Shown here: one piece after another, positions 23,721-36,318 of the stretch
How positions within the stretch are numbered: position 1 is the stretch's first letter
Layout: each line of letters begins with the position of its first letter
Source: Podarcis filfolensis
Lineage: Eukaryota
Length of the DNA stretch: 64,000 nucleotides
Direction: 5' to 3' (one strand)
Assembly: GCA_964270895.1 (NCBI GenBank)
Contig: OZ185436.1
Made by a program: the position numbers and the translations under genes
The notes under the pieces: generated by a model
Told to the model about the DNA's origin: nothing
Databases searched by the model: none
Seen by the model: only the letters and a program-made list of their open reading frames with translations

Positions 23721-26700
23721 CTAGCAGGCAATTCAGGACAAACAAATGAAACTGTTTCTTCTCCCAGTTAACTTGGGATAGCCCTGGCTGCCAGCCTTTT
23801 CCTCTTTAGTCTTCATGCTACCCTTGTAGAATTCAGTAGGGAGAAGAGGAGCCAAAGCCGTCTTTGGCTTTGTCTCCATCTGCTGCTGGGCTCCCCGCTT
23901 TCTTCCCCACCAGTTCCGATGGGCACCAGCTACAACTGGGCCAATGTAGCCTTACAGCTTGATCTTAACTATGCTTGCTTAGAAATAATGAGAGCTGAAT
24001 TCATTGAGGTTTACTTCCTATCAATAAGAATAGGATCGGTAGTTTTCATCTGAATGCTTCTTGACACCACTGGCCTCCGATTATTATTCTGCTATTGCGG
24101 TTTCAAACAGTATCACCAGGAAAGAAACTATTGACTGATTCCTAGTCCCGCACAAGCACTACAGCATATAGATCCAAAGGTCTTCACGTATCTTCACAAG
24201 CATCCATTCCTGCCTCCCACACTGCGTCAGTTCTGTGCCCTGTTTTCCAAATGCTGTGGAGCATTGCAAAGGGTGGTTCATTGATGCAGGGCTATTGACC
24301 TGAAATGAACTGCACCTATGTAAGTGGTCAATGAGTCACTTCTTGAACATCCTCCAAACCTTGCACAGTACTGTGGCTTGCCACGGCCGTTGCACACTTG
24401 TGTTCAGCAGGCTCCTCTCCTAGGAGTGGCAGGCTCACAACAAAGCACCCTTGTTTGATTTACTCTCTGCCGGGAAAAAAGAAGAAGACGCACGAGTGAA
24501 AATCCACCCAAAGGAGATTAAACTGAGCTAACCCTGATGAGTATCTGTTTGGTTCTTCCTGCAGGGCAACTAACAGCACAGCCCTAACCAAGGTCACTTC
24601 CATATGTTTGAAGCACGCTGATACCACTTCAGCCATCATGAAGAAGCCCAAAGGCTGCAGTTTATTAAAGCTGCTGGGAACTGTAGGTCTGTGAGCCCAG
24701 CACCCTTAACAAACTATAGTTTCCATGATTCTTTGGGGAAACCCATGACTGTTAAGAGTATGCATGTATGGTGTGGATGGGACCCATGTCTGCTCGGAAG
24801 TTAACTCTACTAAATTCAGTGGGGTTTGATCCCAAGTGGAATTAAGATTGTATTCTAAAGATGCATCACCTTCAGCAAATCGCTTCAAACTTCTGTCATG
24901 CTGTTGCTCCTCTACTGCCACTGCTACTACTATGGTTACTTTTAGTTCAACTTCTATGCTTTTCAATTGCCTCAGCTGCAAGGAAGAATGATCGACGGTC
25001 CAACACCTAAGGGCAAAGCACCTTTGACTTCACTTCCAACCCCCCTCTCTTATCTTGGGACAAGCCTCAAGCTCCATGGAAGCAGAAAAGAATTACCTAT
25101 GAGGGCTGGTGCATGGTTAGTTTCATCAGAAGGATGCCACTGAAAACAATCTGTCTGGGCCAGATTCAGCTAAGCAGTTGCTCTAGAGAAACCCTTAGTG
25201 CAACCCTGGCAAGGCTCTAAGTGGCCAAGAGAATTCCCAGAACAGATCAGCAGAGGGAGAGAAGAATGTTCTATCTGGCAAGCGGAAGGGCTTACGCTGA
25301 TAGAACAATTGTAATAGTGTGATGTTGAATTCCTCCCTAGGTGTCAAATTATCTCTGCTCCAGTTGTGATATTTAGAACTCTTTCCCATCTGGATCACCA
25401 CTGTGTGTGTTTTCACAGCTTTGCTTGACATTCTTGGTAGTCACGGAGCATCTGGGGCCATGCACAGGTCAATTGCAGTGGTCCATCATGTGATGACTGG
25501 GGAGTGGGAATGGGAGGTGGTTTTAACTGGGAAAATGGTGGAAAAAGCACCCCTGGAAGGAGCAAGTGCCAAAAAGCTCCCTGTAGAGGCTGCATAGGCC
25601 TTGCTGATTCCACAGTCCCTCTTAGGTTAGTCATGTAGATGTCACAAGGATAGGGGGTGGGTTATCTCCTGATATTCTCAAGGAGGGCATTAGCTCTGTC
25701 GTGCATTCTTGTTTGGGAAGCTTCAAGCAGCACCATATCTTCAATACTTCAGCATTCAGCCTCTTGACAGAGTGTGATTGGTGCTGTGAGTTCTGGGTAG
25801 CAGTTGTCTAGTAATCACCATGCCATGGCAGAAGAGGGTGGATGTTAAGTACCTTATGGGAACAAGAGCACTGAATGACTATTTCTGTCATCTAAATCAG
25901 GGATCCCAGTTACGTCCACTAAGTATTATTGCACAGTAATCTCCAGGGACATGTGGTTACAAAGTGTTTACTAGCAAACTCTATTAAGTCCCCCTGTAAT
26001 TAAACAAGAACCACATGGCACTGGCAATCTTCTGCCCCCGTGTGCTCTTCCCCTTCTCTTGGTGAAAGGCCTGGGTGCAGTTTCCTATGATGAGTGATCA
26101 GCCATCATGGCAGAATTTGCCGAGGTGTTTGCTGCTACTTCAGGGACTCACATGAGTGAATGGAGAGGATATGGAACCAGCTCTTCTACATGGGCTTGAT
26201 GAAATAACAGACATTGTGTGTGGAGATGGCAGTCACTAAGGGCAGTCCTCTTCATTCTGGACATATACTTAAGCCAGGGTTAAAACCCTGTGAATCAAAT
26301 GTCTGCTATTGGTTTCCCCCCTTGTTTATCAGACAGTGGAGACTCTGATGGATTTCAGCTGGCAAGTAAAAACAATTCTATTCTCCCAGGCATTTTGAGT
26401 AAAATTAGTAACCACTCTTTGGCTTTATTGTTCTCCTGCAGTTGCTCTATAGTTGGTTTTCTATTAACTCGGTTGCTTTTAATAACTTAAGTTTTATGTA
26501 TTATTTTGTGCATTGTTGGAAACTGCCGTGGGATCACAGTGATGTGGTGAACAGCAGTCTAGAAATTGGAGAGGTGTATAGCTTCTAATATTATCACAGA
26601 AATATGACAAATAAGGGTGGTTGTTTTTAAGGGAATAGAGAAGACTAATAAAACATTGTGCTGCTTCTTGTGATTGTGGTTTTGCCACTTTAGGGTAGGG

Positions 26701-29159
26701 CAAATGCAATAGGAAACCATGATTTCCCACTATATGAATGAACCTGTGTGAATCTTGGTCCCATGTACTTCCCTCTCTCCTTCCTTGTGAGTGGCTGCAT
26801 GGAGTAGATTGGAAATGTTCACCTCTCCTTCTAAAAAAGCCATTGTTCCCTGTCTGCGCTCACAGAACTGTGGTTTGTTTAAGCATGGCTTGTTAGAATG
26901 AATCAGGATCAAAGTGTGGTTTCGGTTCCTGACTTGTTCCAAGCCCACAGCTTAAAGAAACTACAGTTCCAAGAGTCTGAATGTAGCATGGGTTTGGTTA
27001 TAAGCAAAGGCAAAAGCTTTTGATTGCCATGTGGCTGCACCAGAGGTGGGAACACACAAATGTGATGCTTGTGTCGGCTTGTTCATGTGGTGAGAAACAA
27101 TGGCTCCCTGAAGAGCCTATTGCCTTACTGCAGTCATCTGATCTCTCCTTGGATGGAAGAGCTCAAAGCACAAATAAGAATCGTGGTTTATCTGTGAATC
27201 ATCTAGTCTCAACAACATGTTCAACTTGTCATGCAATATGCTTAGAATCTTTTTCCATTAACCAACTCTATTTAGGAATCCATTGCCCAATGAATGGGAT
27301 TGTCTTTCGGTGTATTGGATGTGTGACATCCTAACATGGTGTTTTCACTTTTATTTATCAATGGGAAATGGTTCTGTGATCCATCCAACATATGTAAGAT
27401 GTTCCTTCTGAACCAGAACCAGTAAGAAATATATAAGTGGCTTGGAACCTTACTTCCCATGAGTGGAACACTGCTCGAGGGATACTCTTGCTGCTGGGAG
27501 GTTATTTTCACAGATTCCCCTTTTCTCATCTGCAGCTTCCACTCTCATCCAAAAAAGTTAGTGGGGCTCTTTGCACAGCATAGGAGATGTTGCCCCACAG
27601 CGGGAGCCTCCATTGGATCAGAATACCTTTTGTGAGTAGAATTCACAGAAGGGAAACTCCAGCTTCAAGCTGTAATGATTCACACATTCATTACAGCAAA
27701 CCTACACAACTTGTGACTCATTGAGCCTTTCTCGGATCTTTCAGTTGCTTGGCAACCTGTTTTTCACAGGCCCAGGCAGGCAGCAACACCCCCTCATGCC
27801 CCCTATACAGGCAAGCCCCCTATATGACTGCCATATATGGCTGCTGAGCTTCAGTTTGGTCACAAGTTCTGCAGGCCTGCATTACAGTCGCCTGTCCATT
27901 AAAAATAAATTAATCCTGCCAGCAACATACATTTTTCCACCCTAGGGTTAACCTACTTGTCATCTCAAGTATTTCCTCCTTGGCCCTCTTGCACCATGGG
28001 CAGTGGCTCTCTGAGGACAGGAAGAGGGCAAAGCTCTCTAATTCCACTCCTACGTTTGATGGATATCAATCCAGAACGTCAACTGGAGAAATTGAATTAT
28101 TTTAAGTGCTTGGCGTGCCCAGATAAAATTGTGGGCAACTTTCCTAATGATAGCAGTGCACTTAATTTGGCTGAATAATCATATTTTCGATAGTGGCAGG
28201 GTGGAATAAATGCATTATGGGGCACAGCCCAATGTCTCCCATTGCTTTCTAAAATCCAATGGGCAGAGCACACACTCCCATTCGTTGGCTGCTGTAGCCT
28301 GATGTCACATCAAAGCAGAGGCTTAATAAATGTGCTTTGGACGTCTAATTAGTAAGTAGACCAAGACTTCTTCCACAAATGCATCCTGGAGAGATGAAGC
28401 AATGTTGGCAGGGCAGCTGGTGAGAACAAGAATTGATGAGATAGGCACCAACTTACAAAAATTGTTGGAAGAAACTCTGCCACTATGTTACAGCCCTACT
28501 CAGTGCTTTTTGCACCTAAAGCACACCTCTGGCAATTACAGTGGAACTCCAGAGATTTGCTGAAATTATATTAAATCCTGCAGTATAGATACTCTGGGCT
28601 TTCTTCCTGCTATCTTTTTAGCCTCTCCCAAGCAAAATGGCCAGTTAATCTAGACACGCGTAGGTCTAGTTCCCCTAAATTTCAACTAAAATTGTTCCTG
28701 GACTCTACAGATCACATGGTTTGATTTTCCTCCATGCACACAGAGAAAGACAAGCATCTTCTTGCACATTGAAAACTAGATATAACAGAGACAGGTTCTC
28801 CTGATTTTCTCACCTGGGAAAGCATCCAAATATATAATTCCTCACATGAAGTTTGAAGTGGAAAAAATCTAGGAATGATTTATCATTAGCTCATCTGTTT
28901 GCATGAATCAGGCAAATGTAAGATTAATGCAAAGGCAAGTTCTAGCAACAGATGCAGAACTACATTAGGTTTTGGATTCTGTAGCAGATAGTAGTATCCT
29001 TTGGAAATAAGAGTTGGCTGACCAAGAAAAGGTTCATATTCTGTGTAAGTCTACATTCCTACCAACAAGGATGCTACATAAAACAAATTTACCCTCTTAA
29101 ATCTTTCTCTGAATACTCTTCTGCGAAGTTCATTGTTGGTTACCTGCCAAAAGCAGATA

Positions 29160-29390
29160 TTAGAAAGCAGTATTTGACATCTGGTAGTATATTGTAGTTG
29201 ATGTGATATTTGATATTTAACAGTATTTGGTATCTGACCATCAACAGTTGATAGTATTTGATATTTGACACCTGTTGCTTTGCATCTGATAGTACTTGAT
29301 ATTTGGCAACCGGTTCCCTTATCATACCTAATATTTGACTATAAATATTTTCCAGCCTATATTTTATATCTGGTAGCATGAGGTATTCTG
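29160..29390. repeat. Degenerate AT-rich tandem repeat
   Basis: Recurring 'agtatttga(c/t)at(c/t)tg' units. Confidence 0.5.
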
Positions 29391-30930
29391 TAGAATGCAA
29401 TCCACTGTTTCATTGTTTCATTCGATACCTTGTGATGGCTTCTTCCCCTTGATCAGAGGCACTTGCTGGAACATGTCAAGTGGCACTGCTGGAATTTCCT
29501 GACATCCCAGCTGTTGTCAATATCACCCGGACTTTAGAGAAGAAGGGCGGAGTGGGGTGGCAGAGTGCGGGGGAAGGCTGGACTTGTATTTCAAGCACTG
29601 ATCAGGGTTTGAAATGTATTTGAAATAAGCATGTCCTTCTACAACAAAAGAGTTAGAAATGATGAGGAGCATGTGAAAATTCCTCTCTAGACTGTCTAGA
29701 CTCTAGACAGGAGTGTCTCTAAGTTTGAGTGATTACAGATGACTATTTAAACACTAATATATTATGGTGTGTATATAAATATTAGATAAGCTTGACAGAT
29801 AAGGTAGGTGGGGAGAATTTTTACTACAGTTGATTAAAAATCTAGGGAAACAGGGGAGTGGTGAAATTTTCCTTATCACTTAGTTGTTTCAGAAGACCCA
29901 TGATGACAGCCAAGTGCAGAGCCATGGGTCATGTGTCTCATCCCAGCAAGTGGAATGGCTACATTTTACCCCACAGCAGGTACAAATGAGTGATTGGTGG
30001 CATCAGTGCTGGACTGTGGAAGTGAATGGTCATCCATCTCACCAAGTAGTTATATGCACATCACCTTGAGCTGTTATTTGGTAAATGGCTCGGCCATTTC
30101 ATTTAATGGCTTTAAACTCTTTCAGCCCCTTCTATGCTTATTTATTGCCCCCCACTAAATTGCCCAGCCAAATGTTAGATTGCCACAGTAATTCTGTTAC
30201 CAGTATCCCCTGCCGTTCTTCGCCACTGTAAAGCTTATAACCTTGTTTCCATGCCAGAGTGCCCCACAGCCAAATCAGCCATAATTGGGGCTAATAACGA
30301 AATAATTGTATTCTGAAATCTCTGGTTTTCTTCCAGAAGTGCAGATGTTGCTGGTCAGAAAAAGTGTAAATTTCTCCAACCTGTTCTTTTGGTTCTCTGC
30401 AGTTCCCTTTTCTGGTCTCTGATAACGCCACAGAGGCCACTAACAACTTTGAAATTTGCATTTGGTGCAAAGCCATATAATTCTTAGAATTGTTATTTGT
30501 TATTATTAGTTTGCAAACCACCAGAAGTTTTCTAGGCACTATACAAAGATTTAAAAGCATCGCAGTCCCTGTGCCCAAAGGCTTACAATCTAGTAAACAC
30601 AGTACAAAAGGAAAATGAGATGTTACAGCATAACAAGTATGTTCAGTCACAAATTGTTTATGAAGATATAAAAAACAAGTGAATATATAATGTCATAACT
30701 ATTTGTATACAGGAAGTTGTTTTGCACTTGGACAGACCATTAGGCCAACTGGCTGAGTGCTTTGTCCTCTGACTGGCAGCAGTTTGCCTGGGTCTCAAGC
30801 AGATTTATCTCCCAGGTTTGCCACCTGTGAACCTGTCCACTGGAGAGGCAAGAGACTGAACCCAGGGCCTACACAGGATGTGCTGTGTTACTGGGTTTTG
30901 GCTACTTGTCCTGAACAGATGGATCTACTC

Positions 30931-31325
30931 CTGAGTAGGGGAGAAATTAAGTTTGGTTCACATCGAAAGCTGAACCTACCTAATTCACATTTTCTGAAAC
31001 AATATGAGAATCAAAACTCAGCCATCCTTCAAAATTTGCCAGTCTGAATTTCACAGTGCAGTTCTGCAGTGCATATGCTGTGGTCAAGCGTGCATGAAAA
31101 TAACACCATAATGCATTGCACCAGGAGAAATTGTTTTGTAAAAATGTATATATTAGACAAAATTCATAAAAGTGTATACATTAGGAGAAAATTGCGCTAA
31201 ACTATGGGCAAATTTTCACGAGAAACTTTTTAAAAGACATAACTGTAAACTGGCATGAAAATGCGGAGAACGAAATTTCAGATTGGAAAAATGAGAAACC
31301 AAGACTGACAAACTCACCCATCCCT
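30931..31325 (+). mobile_element. ~400-bp hAT-like MITE (tagggatg...catcccta ends)
   Basis: Similar to 40945, 43080 and 54460; right end 'cacccatccct'. Confidence 0.6.
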
Positions 31326-31924
31326 CATCTTGTGTTGGACCATTGGCCCATCAAGCCTAGTTTTTTAACAATCCAGCTGGCACACTGCTTTTCCTATAGA
31401 TTCTGCTTAATATCCTTTTACTTGGGGGTGCCACAGGCTGAATGCAAGACCTTCTTCATTCAGAGCACCTCACGGGGACCATTAAGAGTTCCTAGGTTAG
31501 TTGTCTGCAGCTTTGCTTTGAATTTTATGCCCTCTGACTAATTTTCTGTAGTGTGCAGGTGGCCAACCTGCAGTCCAAAGGTTGCATGTGGCCCCCAATC
31601 ACCTTTTCTGAGGCCTGCAGTGCCTCCTGAAGCCCCATTCTTATATTCTTTCATGCCCATTTGCTCCTTATTTTTTCTGACTTTTAAAAGTGTTTTTCTA
31701 TCTTTCTATGTGGTTTTAGAACAACTGGAAGAGGCAGTAAATAAGTTGTTTTCAAAAACGGCAACACTTTTTTATTGGCTGCATGGCTGGCTGGGGTGGG
31801 GTCATCATCCCCAGCAGTCCTCCTCTCACCACAGCACAAAGGAATGTGATATTTTTCCACCCTTCCTCCTTGCCTTATCCTTACTCCACACATTTCAAGT
31901 ACTTGAGTTGTGTAAAATGTAGTA

Positions 31925-32150
31925 CAGTGGTACCTCTGGTTAAGAACTTAATTCATTCTGGAGGTCCATTCTTAACCTGAAACTATTCTTAACCCGAGGT
32001 ACCACTTTAGCTAATAGTGCCTCCCGCTGCCACCGCTCTGCTACCACGCAATTTCTGTTCTCATCCTGAAGCAAAGTTCTTAACCCGAAGTACTATTTCT
32101 GGGTTAGCGGAGTCTGTAACCTGAAGCGTCTGTAACCCGAGGTACCACTG
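31925..32150. mobile_element. Tigger-like MITE
   Basis: cagtggtacctc / gaggtaccactg; TA on the left, CA on the right; same orientation as 5555. Confidence 0.85.
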
Positions 32151-33739
32151 CAATTTCTAATGTGGCAATTGCGGTAAAGTGTTTTTTCTCCAGTGTGTGT
32201 ATGCCGATACAGCTCCTTGCCAAGGGCGAAAGGGACCCTAGGTATGACTGTATTGGTGGCCATTGGCAGAAACAAATGTTTACCCATCTCTGCTGCAGAG
32301 GCAGTACTGCCTAGCTTCAGTTCAGGTGTGTGTTTTATGTGACTAATACATCAGGCTGTCGTCATATCAACATGGCAAAGGAGAAAGCAGAAAGTCATTC
32401 ATAGGAGGACACAGAAGATGCTGAACTGATGGTTGGAGAACTGCGACCAAGTGAAGTAATTTTACCTTGGTGAAAGATAACTCTTGTTAAATAACCTCTC
32501 TGAATTATGTTTCTTGTAAACATGCCCTATGTGCCTGAGGAGGGAGTTTCCCTTTCACATTTCATCACTTTGCTATCTAGCAGCCTTGCCAGGTTCTGTA
32601 CCAGATCAAGATTACAGGAGGGCAAGGTGAGCTTTGAGGTGTTTTTGGCCTCTTAGGTGCTATAAATATCCAAGTTGCTTTGAACACTGTTGCTACGTTG
32701 AACTCAGAGATAAGTGAGTGTAGGCAAGGTGATACTTTCAGTTGGCCCATTCTCTTTCGATAACTGTGTGTGTATACAAGCTGCTGCCCTCCCAAATGTT
32801 CTTCTCTAAGTGGAAATCTAAAACATCCTCAAACTATCAACACAAGTCCTGAGAATGACACGCCCTAGTTGCTGGGTTGCTTCCATGAGCTAGCTATATT
32901 TTTGCCTTGAAACACCCAGGCCTGTTGAAGAACAGGCCCTTGAAACCTGCAACATTCTAAAGAGCTAGATGGCCCATTAAGAGATGATGCCTCATTTACT
33001 GGATACCTGTAAGGGATTTGCTTTGGAAAAGGAACCCTCTGTTCTAGGCTCGCCTGACTTTCAGAAATCATTTGACTGGGAGGAAAGGAGAACCAAACAA
33101 ATTAGCACACAGCAGGCTGCCTATCAGGATATGTAGAGTGCACTATCTCATTCAGCAGCAGCATGTTTCCTGCTGCTAGGTTACTGTGTGTGCATGTAAA
33201 TGGCCAAGGGAACCAGATGGATTGTTAATGGGAACCATGGCAGGAAATATATATATTTAGTATTCCAGAAATCTTAACCCGGTGCAAAGACCAGATCTTC
33301 TGTGGAGTTAACCATCACAAGACCAGAGTTTCTTTGTTGTTCATTTTACAGGCTAGATCCAGATTTTTGTGCAGGTGTGTTATCAGAAATATTAAATGGG
33401 TGTAGAGGGAGGAGAGATTATTTCCCTGGATTATGCCTTCTTGGGCACAGAAAGGTGATTTATAGCACAGACACTACACATATTTACTCAAAAATAGATT
33501 TCAAAAAATACAGTGGGACTTGGTTCTAAGTGTGCATAGAATTTCTCCCTTCATCTCTTCAGTTTGATTTAACTTGATCAACAGTTTTCCTCTTGCTAAA
33601 TGGATTGTATCCTTTAGACAATTTGTTTTCATTTATACCTCCCACAGCAGTGGTTCTCAAACTTTTGTCTCCAGGCCACACTTTCAGAATAGAAATTTGC
33701 TTGCGCACTGAATTTTTATATTGATGAAATACATTGAAA

Positions 33740-34240
33740 AATAATACTAATAATACTAATAATAATTTATTATTTATACCCCGCCCATCTGGCTGAGTTT
33801 CCCCAGCCACTCTGGGCAGCTCCCAATCAGGTGTTAAAAACAGTACAGCATTAAATATTAAAAACTTCCCTGAACAGGGCTGCCTTAAGATGTCTTCTGA
33901 ATGTCAGGTAGTTGTTCATCTCTTTGACATCTGATAGGGCGTTCCACGGGGCGGGCGCCACTACCGAGAAGGCCCTCTGCCTGGTTCCCTGTAGCCTCAC
34001 TTCTCGCAATGAGGGAACCGCCAGAAGGCCCTCAGCGCTGGATCTCAGTGTCCGGGCTGAACGATGGGGGAGGAGACGCTCGTTCAGGTATACAGGACCG
34101 AGGCCATTTAGGGCTTTAAAGGTCAGCACCAACACTTTGAATTATGCTCAGAAACGTCCTGGGAGCCAATGCAGATCTGTCAGAACTGGTGTTATGTGGC
34201 CCCGGCGGCCACTCCCAGTCACCAGTCTAGCTACCGCATT
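33740..34240 (-). mobile_element. L2 LINE 3' end (5'-truncated)
   Basis: Minus strand reads NAVARLVTG...HITPVLTDLHWLP...FKALNGLGP...RAFSVVAPAPWNAL...RRHLKAALF, with stops, followed by a (TTA)n tail. Confidence 0.9.
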
Positions 34241-34571
34241 GAGTAGTGCTTGAATTATAAGACAGAACTACTTTATACTATGATCATGGAACATCCAGAA
34301 AGTATAAAACAATGCAGCTACATAAGAACATGTATCATTCCCAAAATATAACATTGATTGTCTTTGAATCTTCCTGCTACACTTGCCATCAACTCCTCCC
34401 ACATCAGTGTGGCGCACCACACCCTTTCAGAACCTCTTTTCTGCACTGTATCACTCATTCCTCTCAACCCACAATCTTCTCCTGCATAAGTGGCCATCTC
34501 CACATAGTGGAAAATTAAGTAAAAACACCAGAACATTTTCATTCTCTTAAAATAATTTCTTTTCTCTAGAT

Positions 34572-34707
34572 CAGGCATGGCCAAACTTGGCCCTCCAGCT
34601 GTTTTTGGCCTACAACTCCCATCATCCCTAGCTAGCAGGACCAGTGGTCAGGGATGATGGGAATTATAGTCCCAAAACAGCTGGAGGGCCAAGTTTGGCC
34701 GTGCCTG
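34572..34707. mobile_element. Complete hAT-Charlie-type MITE (136 bp)
   Basis: Long near-perfect TIR caggcatggccaaacttggccctccagctg; perfect 8-bp TSD ctctagat, the NTCTAGAN Charlie-type target. Confidence 0.9.
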
Positions 34708-35406
34708 CTCTAGATAATAATCTGGTTGCCTTTCTTACTTTGATTTGTCATCTCTGGGAATCAGGGTGATCCAAATGATTGCACTAGACACACAAATCTA
34801 GGTATGCACACTTGTAGGTATGCCCAATTGTATATTCTTATAAAATATTAGGATGGTGTACAGCAATTAAAAGTTATTAAAAGCCATATGGAACAATCAT
34901 ATTGAGTGGCTTATTCAAAAAAACCTATAAACAACTGCATAGGCCTGTCAACATTTTTTTTTAAGTCTTCAAAAGATGCCCAAATCTTTGCTGGAGGAAT
35001 GTCCCACAGATAGGACCAGAAAACAAAATGTTTGACTTCTGGCTGAGGCCAGTAGGATTTAAAATGGGGAAAGTTAACAGTGCTTTTCTGGATGATATCG
35101 GTGATCATATCGAGAGAGTGAGACTGCTCTTTACAAATGGACAAGTCTGAAAACTTCTGACTGCAGATAAAAACATATTTATCTCCCACTGTTATCAATT
35201 CTGCTTAGGGAAGAGGCAGCAGTTCTTTCTGGAGGTAGGGGGAAGGCATGTGAGGCTGAGTTGCTGACCAGGAACAATGAGCCTCACCTCTTATTGTGTG
35301 AACCCTGAGATGCTTGCCTGCCTATGTGCTTGTGCCAGACTATCGATAAACTCTCTCCCATCTTGGGAGAGGCTACCCATCAAAAGCGTCTCTTCTTAAT
35401 GGCATT

Positions 35407-35457
35407 TTATAAATAGCTCAGCACCAGCACGAGGGAGGGGTTGGCTCCCATATAAGG
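35407..35457. promoter_or_regulatory. MEF2 site plus CArG (SRF) box, candidate intronic enhancer
   Basis: TTATAAATAG (35407-35416, YTAWWWWTAR) and CCATATAAGG (35448-35457, CCW6GG) in non-repetitive sequence. Confidence 0.5.
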
Positions 35458-36140
35458 TAAGGTGGGGAAACTGAGCTAGTGGAGTAATGGAAACATTTAC
35501 GTTCCAGCCAAGCACGTGACTGATCACTCAAGTGTGGTGCCGTCTTATTGTACTGCCTGTAGGTTGGACAGGAGCCCGTCAAAAGCCTGGCTCTGATATG
35601 CTGTGGATGACCAGGAGTCTCATCTCACCACATCACCAGCAAACCTGTTGTGTGTCCAGCTACACCAGCTGTCAGTGGTTGTGGGCGAGGAGAGGGTGCA
35701 CATGGAATTCCCTCCATCTCACTGGTGCCCTTGTGTGCAGATTGGAGGCAAACCTCCCCTCCATTCTGTTAAGTGAACTGCAGCATAGTTATCAGATCTA
35801 GACTGTGACCTGGAAGGAATTTATGGTGTTTTGGTCTCAAATGCAGTGCAGTTACGAAGCACTGAGATCTCCACGAAGGGGGCCATTGGCTCACATATCC
35901 ATAAGTAATAAATCTGGATGTTATTAGAAGGATCTGGCAGAAAATCTGTTCTGGTAGCTTTTTAAGAGGGTGTGCTATATATTCATAGCTTGATTGAATA
36001 TAGACCTCAGGATCTTGCATCTGTATACAATTCCAACATTTCCTGATTAATCATCTTGTCAATCACTGATAAATGTCCTACGGCAGATGCCTGGAACCTG
36101 TGGCTCACCAGATGGTCTTTGCCTCAGTCAGCATGGCCAA

Positions 36141-36318
36141 TAGGAACATAGGATTGTATGGAGTGAGACCACTGGACAATCTAGCTTGGTATTGTGGCAG
36201 CAGCTCTCCAGAGTCTCAGATGGGGGCACCCTTTCCAGCCACCCTTGATGCTAGGGGTTAAACCTGGAACTTTCTGCATGCAAAACAGATGCTCTGCCAC
36301 TGAGCCATGGTGCTTCCC
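36141..36318 (-). mobile_element. tRNA(Ala-like)-headed SINE
   Basis: Reverse complement of the 17323 family. Confidence 0.7.

Noticed and set aside
24565-24660. Acceptor-like site 'ttggttcttcctgcag' as the next coding exon
   Set aside because: In phase 1 it reaches TAA within a few codons, and no frame is recognisable.
26087-26160. Box C/D snoRNA (ATGATGA)
   Set aside because: No terminal CTGA D box or closing stem at a suitable distance.
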